A stretch of DNA of 64,000 nucleotides from Mobula hypostoma (Eukaryota). Of this stretch, positions 12,140 through 23,969 are shown one piece after another. Position 1 is the stretch's first letter. Each line of letters starts with the position of its first letter. The translations under genes and the position numbers were made by a program. The stretch is taken from positions 106,084,001-106,148,000 of the forward strand of contig NC_086108.1 of the NCBI RefSeq assembly GCF_963921235.1, in the 5' to 3' direction. The notes beneath the pieces are model-generated. The model worked only from the letters and a program-made list of their open reading frames with translations. It searched no databases and was not told where the DNA came from.

Positions 12140-13293
12140 CTTATACTTTATACTTTATTGTCGCCAAACAATTGGTACTAGAATGTACAATCATCACAGC
12201 GACATTTGATTCTGTGCTTCACACTCCCTGGATTACAAATATTAAATATTAAAGATATTAAAATAGTTAAAATTAGTAAATATTAAAAATTTAAATTATA
12301 AATCGTAAATAGAAAATAGAAAAATGGAAAGTAAGGTACTGCAAAAAACTGAGAGGCAGGACCAGACATTTGGAGGGTACGGCCCAGATCTGGGTCAGGA
12401 TCCATTCAACAGTCTTATCACAGTTGGAAAGAAGCTGTTCCCAAATCTAGCCGTACGAGTCTTCAAGCTCCTGAACCTTCTTCCGGAGGGAAGAGGGACC
12501 AAAAGTCTGTTGGCTGGGTGGGTCGTGTCCTTGATTATTCTGGCAGCACTGCTCCGACAGCATGCGGTGTAAAGTGAGTCCAAGGACGGAAGATTGGTTT
12601 GTGTGATGTGCTGCGCCCTGTTCATGATCTTCTGCAGCTTCTTTCGGTCTTGGACAGGACAATCTCCATACCAGGTTGTGATGCACCCGAGAAAAAATGC
12701 TTTCTACTGTGCATCTATAAAAATTAGTGAGGGCTTTAGGGAACAGGCCAAATTTCTTTAGTTTTCTCGGGAAGTAAAGGCACTGGTGGACCTTCTTGGC
12801 AGTGAACTCTGCTTGGTTGGACCAAGTCAGGTCATTTGTGATATTGACCCCGAGGAACTTAAAGCTTTTGACCTGTACCACTTGCGCACCACCGCTGTAA
12901 ATTGGGTCGTGCGGTCTGCTACTCCTTCTGAAGTCAACAACCAATTCCTTCGTCTTGCTGACGTTGAGGGATAGTGAAGCACCTTCAATAACTCCAAAAG
13001 ACTGAGGTTAGGTAAAATACCGAAAGGCTTTTACTCGCTGCACAATACGACCTCCATGGTGAGTGTCTGCCCCCGGACTGAGGGGGAGGGGCAAGGCGAA
13101 ACACATTTATACAGGAAACTGTGGGAGGAGCCACAGGGGCAGTCAGCAGAGGGGCATGTCCAGACAGTTAACCCAGTTACAACATATATATATGGTTTAC
13201 CACAGATAGGTTATTGTCTTCACACCATGCTACCAGGTTCTTAATTTCCTCTCTGTACTCAAACTCATCATTACCCGAGATATGGCCTACAAT
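12140..13293 (-). mobile_element. Rex1/Babar LINE 3' portion (same family as 3765-4722), containing a solo LTR
   Basis: VKSFKFLGVNITNDLTWSNQ..LTNFYRCTVES; high identity to 3765-4722; tail ttatactttatacttt. Confidence 0.92.
12975..13204 (-). mobile_element. 230-bp solo LTR
   Basis: TG...CA termini; perfect 5-bp TSD GATAG (12970-12974, 13205-13209); empty site in the paralogous Rex copy (single GATAG at 4588-4592); minus-strand TATAAAT (13105-13111) and AGTAAA (13030-13035). Confidence 0.9.
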
Positions 13294-13484
13294 TCAGATC
13301 AGAACTTCAGATATAGAACATAGAACAGAAACAGTACAGGCCCTTTGGGACATGACATTGTGCCATGCTTTTAACCTACTCTAAGATCAATCTAACCCTT
13401 TCCTCCAACATAGCCCTCTGTTTTTCTGAAGCCATGAACATATCCTCACTATTTTGCTATCTTTTTGCAGTATATATTTATTTA

Positions 13485-14537
13485 TAGAAACATAGAAACA
13501 TAGAAAATAGGTGCAGGAGTAGGCCATTCGGCCCTTCGAGCCTGCACCGCCATTTATTATGATCATGGCTGATCATCCAACTCAGAACCCCGCCCCAGCC
13601 TTCCCTTCATACCCCCTGACCCCCGTAGCCACAAGGGCCATATCTAACTCCCTCTTAAATATAGCCAATGAACTGGCCTCAACAGTTTCCTGTGGCAGAG
13701 AATTCCACAGATTCACCACTCTCTGTGTGAAGAAGTTTTTCCTAATCTCAGTCCTAAAAGGCTTCCCCTCTATCCTCAAACGGTGGCCCCTCGTTCTGGA
13801 CTTCCCCAACATCGGGAACAATCTTCCTGCATCTAGCCTGTCCAATCCCCTTAGGATCTTATATGTTTCAATCAGATCCCCCCTCAATCTTCTAAATTCC
13901 AACGAGTACAAGCCCAGTTCATCCAGTCTTTCTTCATATGAAAGTCCTGCCATCCCAGGAATCAATCTGGTGAACCTTCTTTGTACTCCCTCTATGGCAA
14001 AGATGTCTTTCCTCAGATTAGGGGACCAAAACTGCACACAATACTCCAGGTGTGGTCTCACCAAGGCCTTGTACAACTGCAGTAGTACCTCCCTGCTCCT
14101 GTACTCGAATCCTCTCGCTATAAATGCCAGCATACCATTCGCCTTTTTCACTGCCTGCTGTACCTGCATGCCCACTTTCAATGACTGGTGTATAATGACA
14201 CCCAGGTCTCGTTGCACCTCCCCTTTTCCTAATCGGCCACCATTCAGATAATAATCTGTTCTCTTGTTTTTGCCACCAAAGGGGATAACTTCACATTTAT
14301 CCACATTAAATTGCATCTGCCATGAATTTGCCCACTCACTCAACCTATCCAAGTCACCCTGCATCCTCTTAGCATCCTCCTCACTGCTAACACTGCCACC
14401 CAGCTTCGTGTCATCCGCAAACTTGGAGATGCTGCATTTAATTCCCTCATCCAAGTCATTAATATATATTGTAAATAACTGGGGTCCCAGCACTGAGCCT
14501 TGCGGTACCCCACTAGTCACCGCCTGCCATTCTGAAT
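13485..14537 (-). mobile_element. Young 5'-truncated CR1 LINE with an uninterrupted ORF2 C-terminal part
   Basis: 312-aa ORF 13582..14520 [38 protein letters not shown]; (TTTCTATG)n tail; near-identical to 20711-22453 and 47843-48400. Confidence 0.97.
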
Positions 14538-14617
14538 ATATTTATATTCTTTTTGTGATTTAATCAATTTTATGTACTGCACTGTACTGCTGCTGCAACA
14601 CAGCAGAATTCACAGCA

Positions 14618-14911
14618 TTTATTTATTTATTTGTTGATATGCAGCGTGGTGTTGGCCCTTCTGGCCCTTCGAGCCTTGCCGCCCAGCCATCCCCCAATTC
14701 AATCCTAGCCTAATCACGGGACAATACACAGGGACAAATTAATCCATCAACCGGTACGTCGTTGGATTGTGGGAGTAAACTGGAACACCTGGAGGAAAGC
14801 CACACGGTCACGGGAAGAACGTACAAACTCCTTACAGGCAGCGACGGGAATTGAACACGAGTCGCTGGTACTATAAAGCGTTGTGCTAACCAATATACTA
14901 CCATGCCACCC
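14618..14911 (-). mobile_element. Full-length tRNA-derived SINE (V-SINE/HE1-like)
   Basis: Minus strand: A-box-like TAGTATATTGG, B-box GTTCAATTC, core ttcccgtgaccgtgtggctttcctcc, CR1-like 3' end gaagggccagaagggcc and (TAAA)n tail. Confidence 0.85.
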
Positions 14912-15063
14912 TTACATAGAACAGAGCAGCACAGAACATAAAACAAAGGTACATCAACCAATATGAAATTGCGGAGCAAACTTGAAGGACGAAATGCCCT
15001 AATTCTGCTCCAGTATCTTATGGTCTTATAAGTGGTTAAATAAACTCAAGGAACATTGATAGA

Positions 15064-15120
15064 CATTCAGTGGTCAATTTATTAGGTACAGGAGGTACCT
15101 AATAATGTGACTACTGAGTG
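15064..15120. mobile_element. 57-bp TIR-only Tc1-derived hairpin (micro-MITE)
   Basis: cattcagtggtcaatttattaggtac-aggag-gtacctaataatgtgactactgagtg; the same unit forms the end of Tc1 copies at 46613-46669 and 57685-57738. Confidence 0.75.
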
Positions 15121-15872
15121 AACTCACAGAGGGATGAAACTGGTCTTTTGGCCCATCCTGTTCATGCTGTCCCATCAATCTCAATCCCATTTATCAATAA
15201 TTGGCCTCAAATTAAATTCTCGTCTTGATACCTTTACCTTTTCTTTTCAAAGGGATTGTATTTGCCAAGAACTATGTCTTTCATGTTGTGTCCCCGAAAC
15301 TTCTGAGGAGTTTGAAATTAATTTTGCGGTAATCTGTGAGAAATGTCACTGGAATTACTGCATTGAATGACATTTTAAGGTTATTTCACCACAGTCTTAT
15401 CAAAGGAAGTAGGATAACTAGTAAAGGTTAGCGCTTAAATCCAGTATATATTTAACTGCGTCTAAAAGGTGGTAATGGTCGATGGAAGAGCCTGAAGTGA
15501 AAACCTTGAGAGAATAAACTGAAAGCTCTAATTAAGAAACATAGCTTCTTTATCGTTCAATATACACGCAGAAGAGGGACAGAAGGCACATGTTCAATTT
15601 GTATAATGTAAAGCTGGAAATCTGAAGGAAAATATTGGGTCAGACTAAAGTTCAAATTTCAAAGTAAATTTGTTATGGAAGTATGCATATGCTATCATAT
15701 ACTACCTTGAGATTCATTTTCTTGCATGCATTCTCAGGAGAAACCGAAAGAAATACAATAGTACTTATGGAAATTTATACATAAGCACAGACTGACAAGC
15801 AACCAATGTGAAAAAGACAGCAAACTGTGCAAATAGAAAAGAAACACAATAATAATAATTAATAAATAAGCA

Positions 15873-16083
15873 ATACTTTATACTTTATTGTCACCAAACA
15901 ATTGATACTAGAACGTACAATCATCACAGCGATATTTGATTCAGCGCTCCCCGCTCCCTGGATTACAAATCAATAGTAAATATTAAAAATTTAAATTATA
16001 AATCATAAATAGAAAATAGAAAAATGGAAAGTAAGGCAGTGCAAAAAAAAACCGAGAGGCAGGTCCGGATATTTGGAGGGTAC
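15873..16083 (-). mobile_element. Rex1/Babar 3' UTR only (family of 3765-4722)
   Basis: Near-identical to 3800-4006. Confidence 0.9.
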
Positions 16084-16284
16084 CAATATCAAAACTATAA
16101 GATGAATCATTCCTGTAAGCTCCATGACGATTTGCCCTACTATGTGATAAACTGAGACTGCATATTGTCTCTCCACACATTGGATGTTTGTTCGTCTTTT
16201 TTTTTAAATGAGTTCTTTTGGGTTTCTTGTTTTGTGGCTGCCTGTAAGGTGATAAATCATAAGTCTGTATACTTTGTGCATTTT

Positions 16285-17062
16285 GGCAGGTTCTTTGCTT
16301 GCCAAGATCAGGAGTGAAGAAGAGTCCTCAGGAGCGACGGCACGATTGTTGGTGACTGTAGAGGCCAATTCTGGATCTGCAGTGGTAAGGATATGAGAAC
16401 AGGTGGGATGTGGACACTTGGATAGTCGGGTCCTTCCTGCATCTCCTCTTCTCTACAGCAGTTGTTCTTCTGGATTCCTCAAAATTCTTGGCTGCGCTGT
16501 GGATCAGCATTCTCCAGCGGTCTCCGTCACAAGTCAGCTGCTGCCACTCGTTGACCTTGACATTTGCCTGAGGGAGCTGCTGCTTAAGTTGGTCTTTGTG
16601 CTTCTTGTGCAGTGCACCATGATCTCTCTTGCTCTGAGAGAGTTCTCCGAAGAATACAACCTTCGGTAATCTGGAGTTGTCCATGAGAGACATGTAACCA
16701 GTAGAGCTGCTTGAGGGGCAGAGTAGCTTCAATGCTTGGAGGTTGAACTTTCTCCAGGACCTCATTGTTGGAGACATGATGCCCATGAGGGAAAGGAGGC
16801 AGCACTGATGGAAGTAATTGAACAACTGGATTTGCTTGTGGTACAAGATCCAGGCTTTGGAGCCGTATGGCATTGTTGTGACAATGGCAGCCCTGTACAC
16901 CGGATTTCTGTGGACAGACACAGCTGGTGGTTCTTCCGCACATGTTTCTGGAGGCACCCAAAGGCACTACTGGCTTTGGAGAGTCGATTGTCAATGTCCC
17001 ATACTTTTGTCGTGTTGAAGGAGATAATGCGGTCTAGGTAGGTGAACTGTTCAGCCACAGTG
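16285..17062 (-). mobile_element. Degenerate RTE-BovB-like LINE 3' part
   Basis: EQFTYL..IDNRLSKASSAFG, VYRAAIVTTMPYGSKAW, RLPKVVFFGEL, CRSRIGLYSHQQSC. Confidence 0.88.
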
Positions 17063-17099
17063 AAAGTATACATATTTTAATAATAAATGTACTTTGATT

Positions 17100-17675
17100 A
17101 AGAGTCCTTGAAAGCGAGTCTATATGTGAGGAGAGTGAAGTTATCCCCTTTGGTTCTAGAGCTGAATGGTTGAGGGGTAATAACTGTTCCTGAAACTGGT
17201 GCTATAGGTCCTGAGGCTCCTGTATCTCTTTTCTGATGGCAGCAGTGAGAAGGGAGCATGACTTGATGATGGGGTGCTGCCTTTCTGCAACACTAGTCCA
17301 TGTAGGTGTGCTCAGTGTTGGGGAGGGCTTTACCCATGATGGACTGAGCTGTATCCACAACTTATTGCAGGGTTCTCTGTTCAAGAGCATTGGTATTTCC
17401 ATACCAGGCTGTGATGCAGCCAGTCAATACACTCTTCACTACACAGCGATAGAATTTGTTGAAGGTTGTAGATAACACGCTCAATCTTGCAAAATTACTA
17501 AGAAATTAGAGGTTCTGCCATGCTTCCTTTGTAATGGCACTTAGATGCTAGAACCAGGACAGATCTTCTGAGATAATAATGTCAAGGAATCTAAAGTTGC
17601 TGAGCCTCTCCACTGCTGATCCCCCGGTGAGGACTGGCTCATGGATCTTTGGTTTCGTCCTCCTGTAGTCAATGA
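17100..17675 (-). mobile_element. Degenerate Rex1/Babar fragment
   Basis: IIDYRR..GSAVERLSNFRFLDIIISEDLSW (ORF 17548..17745). Confidence 0.75.
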
Positions 17676-18024
17676 TCAGGGGGGAAAAGGTAAAGCGATG
17701 AAGACGATAGGAGAGGAAAGTAAACATGGGAAGGAGGAGGGACACCAGGGGAAGGTGATGGGATGGTAAGGAGAAGGGGAGGGATAGGTGAGAAGCCAGA
17801 ATGGGGATTGGGTAAACATCAACAGGTCAAGGACTATCACTGAAGTTGAGAAACAGTGTTTGATATTGGCAATACTGAGAACAGTGAATTCTCTGATTTG
17901 CTCATTCTTTCTATGTGTATTAAAAAATGACCAATCATCCATCTGTGATATTGGCTGAGATATTCCCCCTTGTCAGTATAATTTAACCTTCATGTTTAGG
18001 ATTTGAGTTTAGAAGAATAAGGGT

Positions 18025-18660
18025 CATCTCTTTGAAACTTATCGAATATTGAAGTGTCAGGAGTCAACATGGAGAGGATGTTTCCTATAGAGGGGTAGGC
18101 TAGGACCAGAGGGCACAGCCTGAGGTCTTAGACTCCCCAAGTCTAGGAAACATATGTTAAATAAATGAATATTAATCTGGAATACTGTGGGGTTCTTCCA
18201 AAGAGGAACCACTGAAGGAATGAGACCAGACCCAATTTGCAAATTCACTGACCCACTGACATTTGGCATGATTGCCAGTCAACGGTGTAAACCGTCAATA
18301 AGACCATAGATGTTAAGTAAGGACTTGACGTATCTACAGAGTTTTGCAGGCAGAAATAGAATGACATAGCCTCAGAATAGAGGAACGTCCCTTTAGAACA
18401 GAGATGAGGAGGAATTTCTTTAGCCAGAGGATGGTGAATCTATAGAATGTTTTGCTATGGATGGTTGTGGAGGCCAAGTCACCAGGTATATTTAAAGTGG
18501 AGGTTTATACATACTTGATTATTAAGGGCATTAAAGTTTCTAGGAAGAAGGCAGGAAAATGGGGTTGAGAGGGATAATAAATTAGCCATGATGGAATGGT
18601 GGAGCAGACCCAATGGTCTGATTGGCCTAATTCTGCTCCTATGCCTTGTGGTCTTATTCA
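18025..18660 (+). mobile_element. CR1 3' end containing a ~245-bp unexplained insert
   Basis: gggtcatctctttgaaacttatcg..gagggcacagcct|...|cagaatagaggaacgtccctttagaacagagatgagg and a CR1 tail. Confidence 0.75.
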
Positions 18661-18944
18661 AGACATGCTCCACACTCTTGATGTTAGCTTCACCTGATTC
18701 TGACTATCACGTTAACTCATTTGGTCTCACCCTATCAGAGATATTATCTTTGTTCTGCCCATTCATCTCTCAGCCTCTCTGCTTCTGAAATGTCCCTTGC
18801 TTTGTCTCCATTTCTACTCTATTTAACGGTCCCAGACCTGAAATATTAACTGTTTCCCTATCCCCAGATGATGCCTGTCCTGTTGAGGGTTTGTAGTACT
18901 TTCTGTTGGGTAGGGCAATATTGGGGCCAGCAACTCTGATTATA

Positions 18945-19492
18945 CATTCACTTTATTAAGTACACCTTTATACCTGCTTGTTAATGCAAACCACGGCTGG
19001 AATGAATCAGCCAACCCTGTGGCAGCAACTCAATGCAGACATGATGAAGAGCTTCATTTGTTATTCAGACCAAGCATCAGAATGGGGAAGAAATGCGATC
19101 TAGGTGACTTTGACCGTGGAATGATTGTGGGTGGTTTGAGTATCTCAGGAGATGCTGATCTCCTGAGATTTTCATGCACAACAGTTTCTAGAGTTTGCAG
19201 AGAATGGTGTGAAAACCAAACCAGAAAAAAAAATCCAGTGAGTGGCAGTTCTGTGGGTGTAAACTCCTTGTTTTCACATCCAGTGAGAAGTCAGAGGAGA
19301 GTGACCAGATTGGTTCAAGCTGACTGGATGGTAACAGTAACTGAAACAACCACAGGTTGCAACGGTGGAATAGTGGTGTGTGGAAGAGAATCTCTGAACG
19401 CACAACACATCGAACCTTGAAGTAGATGAGCGACAGCAGCAGAAGACCAAACCAGATTCTACTCCTGTACATAATAAAGCGGCCACTGAGTG
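18945..19492 (+). mobile_element. Internally deleted Tc1 transposon
   Basis: MGKKCDLGDFDRGMIVGGLSISGDADLLRFSCTTVSRVCREWCE; right TIR aataaagcggccactgagtg plus TA; no DDE domain. Confidence 0.9.
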
Positions 19493-20320
19493 TACAGTCA
19501 TAGAGCACTACAATTAGGCGGCTTCCATAACTAGGTATTGTCACCGTCCAGGGCATTCTCTTTTCTTGTAAGCACCACTGGGGCAGAGGTATAGGGAACT
19601 GAATACCCACAGTCAACAATTTAGAAACAGCTTCTTCCCATCCACCATCAGATTTCTGAGCAGTCCGTGAACATGACTGCAATATTACTTGTTTTGGCAT
19701 TATTACCTTATTTTGTATTTCATAGTAATACAAGTCTTTGCACTGATGCTGCAAAACAACAAATTTCATGTCTTATACGTCAGTGATAATAAATCTGGTT
19801 CTAAACGAAGTTTTGCTTCAACAAATTGGAACACATCCCTTTCATAAAATAAGGAACTGCTATATGGACGTGGCTTACTTGAAAAGATTTTGGTAAGAAG
19901 ACATTATCCTTAAAGGAAGAGATTTTGCAGATGGTGGACATACAGATCAACACACAAAATTCTGGAGGAACTCAGCAGGTCAGGGAGTATCTAGAGAGCG
20001 GAATAAACAGTTGATGTTTCAGGGCAAAGGGAAGGTGGAAGAAGGCTGATAACAAAGTACGGGGAGAGGAAGAAGTGCAAGCTGGCAGGTGATAGGGGAA
20101 ACCAAGTGAGGGGTGGGGTATAGGTGGGGGAGGGAGGGATGTAGTGATAAACAAGGAGAGGTAAAGGGCTGAAGAAGGAAGAATCTAATAGATTAGATTG
20201 GATCTGTTATTTTGCACCACAGGGTTCACATAATCAGCCCGGTAAGGCAGAAAGACACAGATTCCAATTATCTACTTAAAACTATCTTTATTAGGACAGA
20301 ACAGAGCAAGCATTAAAATA

Positions 20321-20457
20321 CTCAGTCCTGAAGAAGTCTTGGCTGAAACGTCAACTGTTTATTTATTTCTACAATTGTTGCCTGACTTTTGTTGAGTTCC
20401 TCCAGCATTTTGTGTGTGTTGCTCCACATTTCGGCATCAGTAGACTTTCCTGTGTTT
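20321..20457 (+). mobile_element. ~137-bp PLE-derived short insertion starting at the hammerhead motif
   Basis: 9-bp TSD ATTAAAATA at 20312-20320 and 20458-20466; gagttcctccagcattttgtgtgtg family signature. Confidence 0.85.
20323..20357 (+). ncRNA. Minimal type I hammerhead ribozyme motif (slightly degenerate)
   Basis: cagtc-CTGAAGA-agtcttggct-GAAAC-GTC-aactg. Confidence 0.6.
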
Positions 20458-20710
20458 ATTAAAATATGTACCTAAATATGATGGGGCCCCCTCTCACTCC
20501 AGCATACCTCCCGTTCTGCCCGTCAGTGGCCTTGTTCACATCCAACCTGTCGGCAAAGCCCTGAGCCCCTTCCGCTCTACTTTTATACCCGTTCCACTGA
20601 TACGTAAGTGAACCAAAATATTAGCACCAGTTCAAAGCACCAATCCAGATCCAATCATCATTTGCCACCACACTTCCCAGGTCCCAAACTTTTGTTCACC
20701 TGGCTTTCTC

Positions 20711-22453
20711 ATAGAAAACATAGAAAATAGGTGCAGGGTAGGCCATTCGGCCCTTCGAGCCTGCACCGCCATTTATTATGATCATGGCTGATCATCCAAC
20801 TCAGAACCCTGCACCAGACTTCCCTCCATACCCTCTGATCCCCCTAGCCACAAGGGCCATATCTAACTCCCTCTTAAATATAGCCAATGAACTGGCCTCA
20901 ACTGTTTCCTGTGGCAGAAAATTCCACAGATTCACCACTCTCTGTGTGAAGAAGTTTTTCCTAATCTCAGTCCTAAAAGGCTTCGCCTTTATCCTCAAAC
21001 TGTGACCCTTCGTTCTGGACTTCCCCAACATCGGGAACAATCTTCCTGCATCTAGCCTGTCCAATCCCTTTAGGATCTTATACGTTTCAATCAGATCCCC
21101 CCTCAATCTTCTAAATTCCAACGAGTACAAGCCTAGTTCGTCCAGTCTTTCTTCATATGAAAGTCCTGCCATCCCAGGAATCAATCTGGTGAACCTTCTT
21201 TGTACTCCCTCTATGGCAAGGATGTCTTTCCTCAGATTAGGGGACCAAAACTGTACACAGTACTCCAGGTGTGGTCTCACCAAGGCCTTGAACAACTGCA
21301 GTAGTACCTCCCTGCTCCTGTACTCGAATCCTCTTGCTATAAATGCCAGCATACCATTCGCCTTTTTCACTGCCTGCTGTACCTGCATGCCCACTTTCAA
21401 TGACTGGTGTATAATGACACCCAGGTCTCATTGCACCTCCCCTTTTCCTAATCGGCCACCATTCAGGTAATAATCTGTTTTCCTATTTTTGCCACCAAAG
21501 TGGATAACTTCACATTTATCCACATTAAATTGCATCTGCCATGAATTTGCCCACTCACCCAACCTATCCAAGTCACCCTGCATCCTCTTAGCATCCTCCT
21601 CACTGCTAACACTGCCACCCAGCTTCGTGTCATCGGCAAACTTGGAGATGCTGCATTTAATTCCCTCATCCAAGTCATTAATATATATTGTAAACAACTG
21701 GGGTCCCAACACTGAGCCTTGCGGTACCCCACTAGTCACCCGCCTGCCATTCTGAAAAGGTCCCGTTTATTCCCACTCTTTGCTTCCTGTCTGCTAACCA
21801 ATTCTCCACCCACACCAATACCTTACCCCCAATACCGTGTGCTTTAAGTTTGCACACTAATCTCCTATGTGGGACCTTGTCAAAAGCCTTTTGAAAATCC
21901 AAATATACCACATCCACTGGTTCTCCCCTATCCACTCTACTAGTTACACCCTCAAAAAATTCTATGAGATTCGTCAGACATGATTTTCCTTTCACAAATC
22001 CATGCTGACTTTGTCCGATCATTTCACCGCTTTCCAAATGTGCTGTTATCACATCTTTGATAACTGACTCCAGCAGTTTCCCCACCACCGACGTTAGGCT
22101 AACCGGTCTATAATTCCCCGGTTTCTCTCTCCCTCCTTTTTTAAAAAGTGGAGTTACATTAGCCACCCTCCAATCCTCAGGAACTAGTCCAGAATCTAAC
22201 GAGTTTTGAAAAATTATCACTAATGCATCCACTATTTCTTGGGCTACTTCCTTAAGCACTCTGGGATGCAGACTATCTGGCCCTGGGGATTTATCTGCCT
22301 TTAATCCCTTCAATTTACCTAACACCACTTCCCTACTAACATGTATTTCGCTCAGTTCCTCCATGTCACTGGACCCTCTGTCCCCTACTATTTCTGGAAG
22401 ATTATTTATATCCTCCATAGTGAAGACAGAACCAAAGTAATTATTCAATTGGT
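20711..22453 (-). mobile_element. Young CR1 LINE, 5'-truncated (complete RT domain)
   Basis: ORFs 21732..22448, 21428..21739 and 20801..21400; one frameshift (~21740) and one CGA>TGA stop (~21428) relative to the 13485 copy. Confidence 0.97.
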
Positions 22454-23969
22454 CATGGCTGTATCCCCACAGTGTATCGCATTCTCATGGTCACTGTACT
22501 GATTTTCCACTCATAACCAATCTCCTGCAGGTAGTTCCATTATGTCTCACAGTGGTGAGACATTCGACAGGCACAATGATTAACCCTTCACAATACAGGA
22601 CCATGGGAGAAAGGAAAGGAGGAGGGGCACCAGAAGGAGGTGATGAGCCGGTCTCACTCTCTCCCCACAGATATTGTTCGGTCCCTTACAGTCTTTCCAG
22701 CATTACTAATTTAAAAAATACAGCAACTTTTGGTGTGAGAAAAGGCCAAGTCAAATATTGAAAAGTTAATCTCTGGATTTATTGTCCATCAAAACAATTT
22801 AATTAACTTAATTGCAGAATACATTAGTACTTTTAATTATCCCTGTGAATTATAGTAACTGACAGGTGTCAGAGATATAGTTTATTAAACAGAATGAGAA
22901 AGCTAACAATTGTTCATAAATTTGAGAAATTAATATGTTGGTAATTATTTCAGTCATTAAAGGAAACTGTATTACTGAAGATACATAAGTCAGGATGGAT
23001 GTGAAGATGTTTTATAAATTATTTCAGCTATTAAAGAAAACTTAATTGGTAAATGTCTGCTTCAGTATGAACATGAAGAGGTTTTATAGATTTTAGTTAA
23101 AATGTGTAACCATATAATATAAATTATAGATGCATAGATCCTAAATTATGTGCAAGCAAGTGACTGGAGAGAATGAGCGATTAAGTACTTGAAAAATATT
23201 GCAAGGTTCCTGAGAACAAAGATTGCAAATGGATCTAATTAGATTGTTCTCAGAGTGTGTTAAGACAGAATTCATCTCGTAGATTCGTCCCACACTGGCT
23301 GAGTGAAAAATCTGTATTTTTATTTTTAAATGACACCTAAATGAGGATGTGACCACAGAAAATTTTTCCTGGTTCTAGAGTAATGGGGAATACCTGCTGA
23401 AAGGAGGTCAGGCGAGTTAAATCACACAAAGTGCTGGAGGAACTCAACAGATCAGGCAGCATTGATGGAAATGAATAAACAGTCAATGTTTCAGAATCAG
23501 GTTTAATATCATTGGCCTATGTTGTGAAATTTGTTGTTATGTGGCAGCAATACATAATAAAAAAGTGTAAATTACAGTAAGCATATACTTCTTGTAGTAA
23601 ATTAATTACTAGTGAAAAAAAGTAGTGAGGTAGTGTTAGTGCTTCAATATATGTCCAGAAATCGGATGGCAGACAGACCAAAACCCTTCATCAGGACTGG
23701 AAAAGAAGAGGGAAGACTCTATAATAAAAAGGATTCCAGCTTCTGAAAAATCTCTTGCATCTAAAGTGTGTTAAATTCTTTTTCAGCTCAAGCTATGGAG
23801 GGATCAGAATTAATATCACTGACACATCGTGAGATTTGTTGTTTTGCAACAAGGAGGGCATATCCTTAATGTTGGATGCTGTTTTACCAAGGTGCCACCT
23901 TTTGAAGATGTCCTTGATGGTAGGGAGGCTAGCGCCCATGTCCAAGGAGTTCATTTAGGATCCAAGGAA

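Larger units (their letters stand above)
20205..22592 (-). mobile_element. Probable solo LTR (~500 bp net) carrying nested PLE and CR1 insertions
   Basis: TGT...ACA termini; minus-strand TATAAAA (20581-20587) upstream of AATAAA (20287-20292); interrupts a PLE repeat; no clear TSD. Confidence 0.55.
19925..22650 (-). mobile_element. PLE terminal repeat split by the insertion at 20205-22592
   Basis: acacacaaaattctggaggaactcagcagg..aagggctgaagaaggaagaatctaatag resumes as ggaccatgggagaaaggaaaggaggaggggcaccag at ~22598. Confidence 0.7.

Noticed and set aside
13559..14251. 230-aa plus-strand ORF and similar ones (40865..41449, 50433..50984)
   Set aside because: Antisense shadows of CR1 ORF2
14830..14911. 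tRNA gene
   Set aside because: The A/B boxes belong to a SINE head followed by SINE core and tail; no cloverleaf seen
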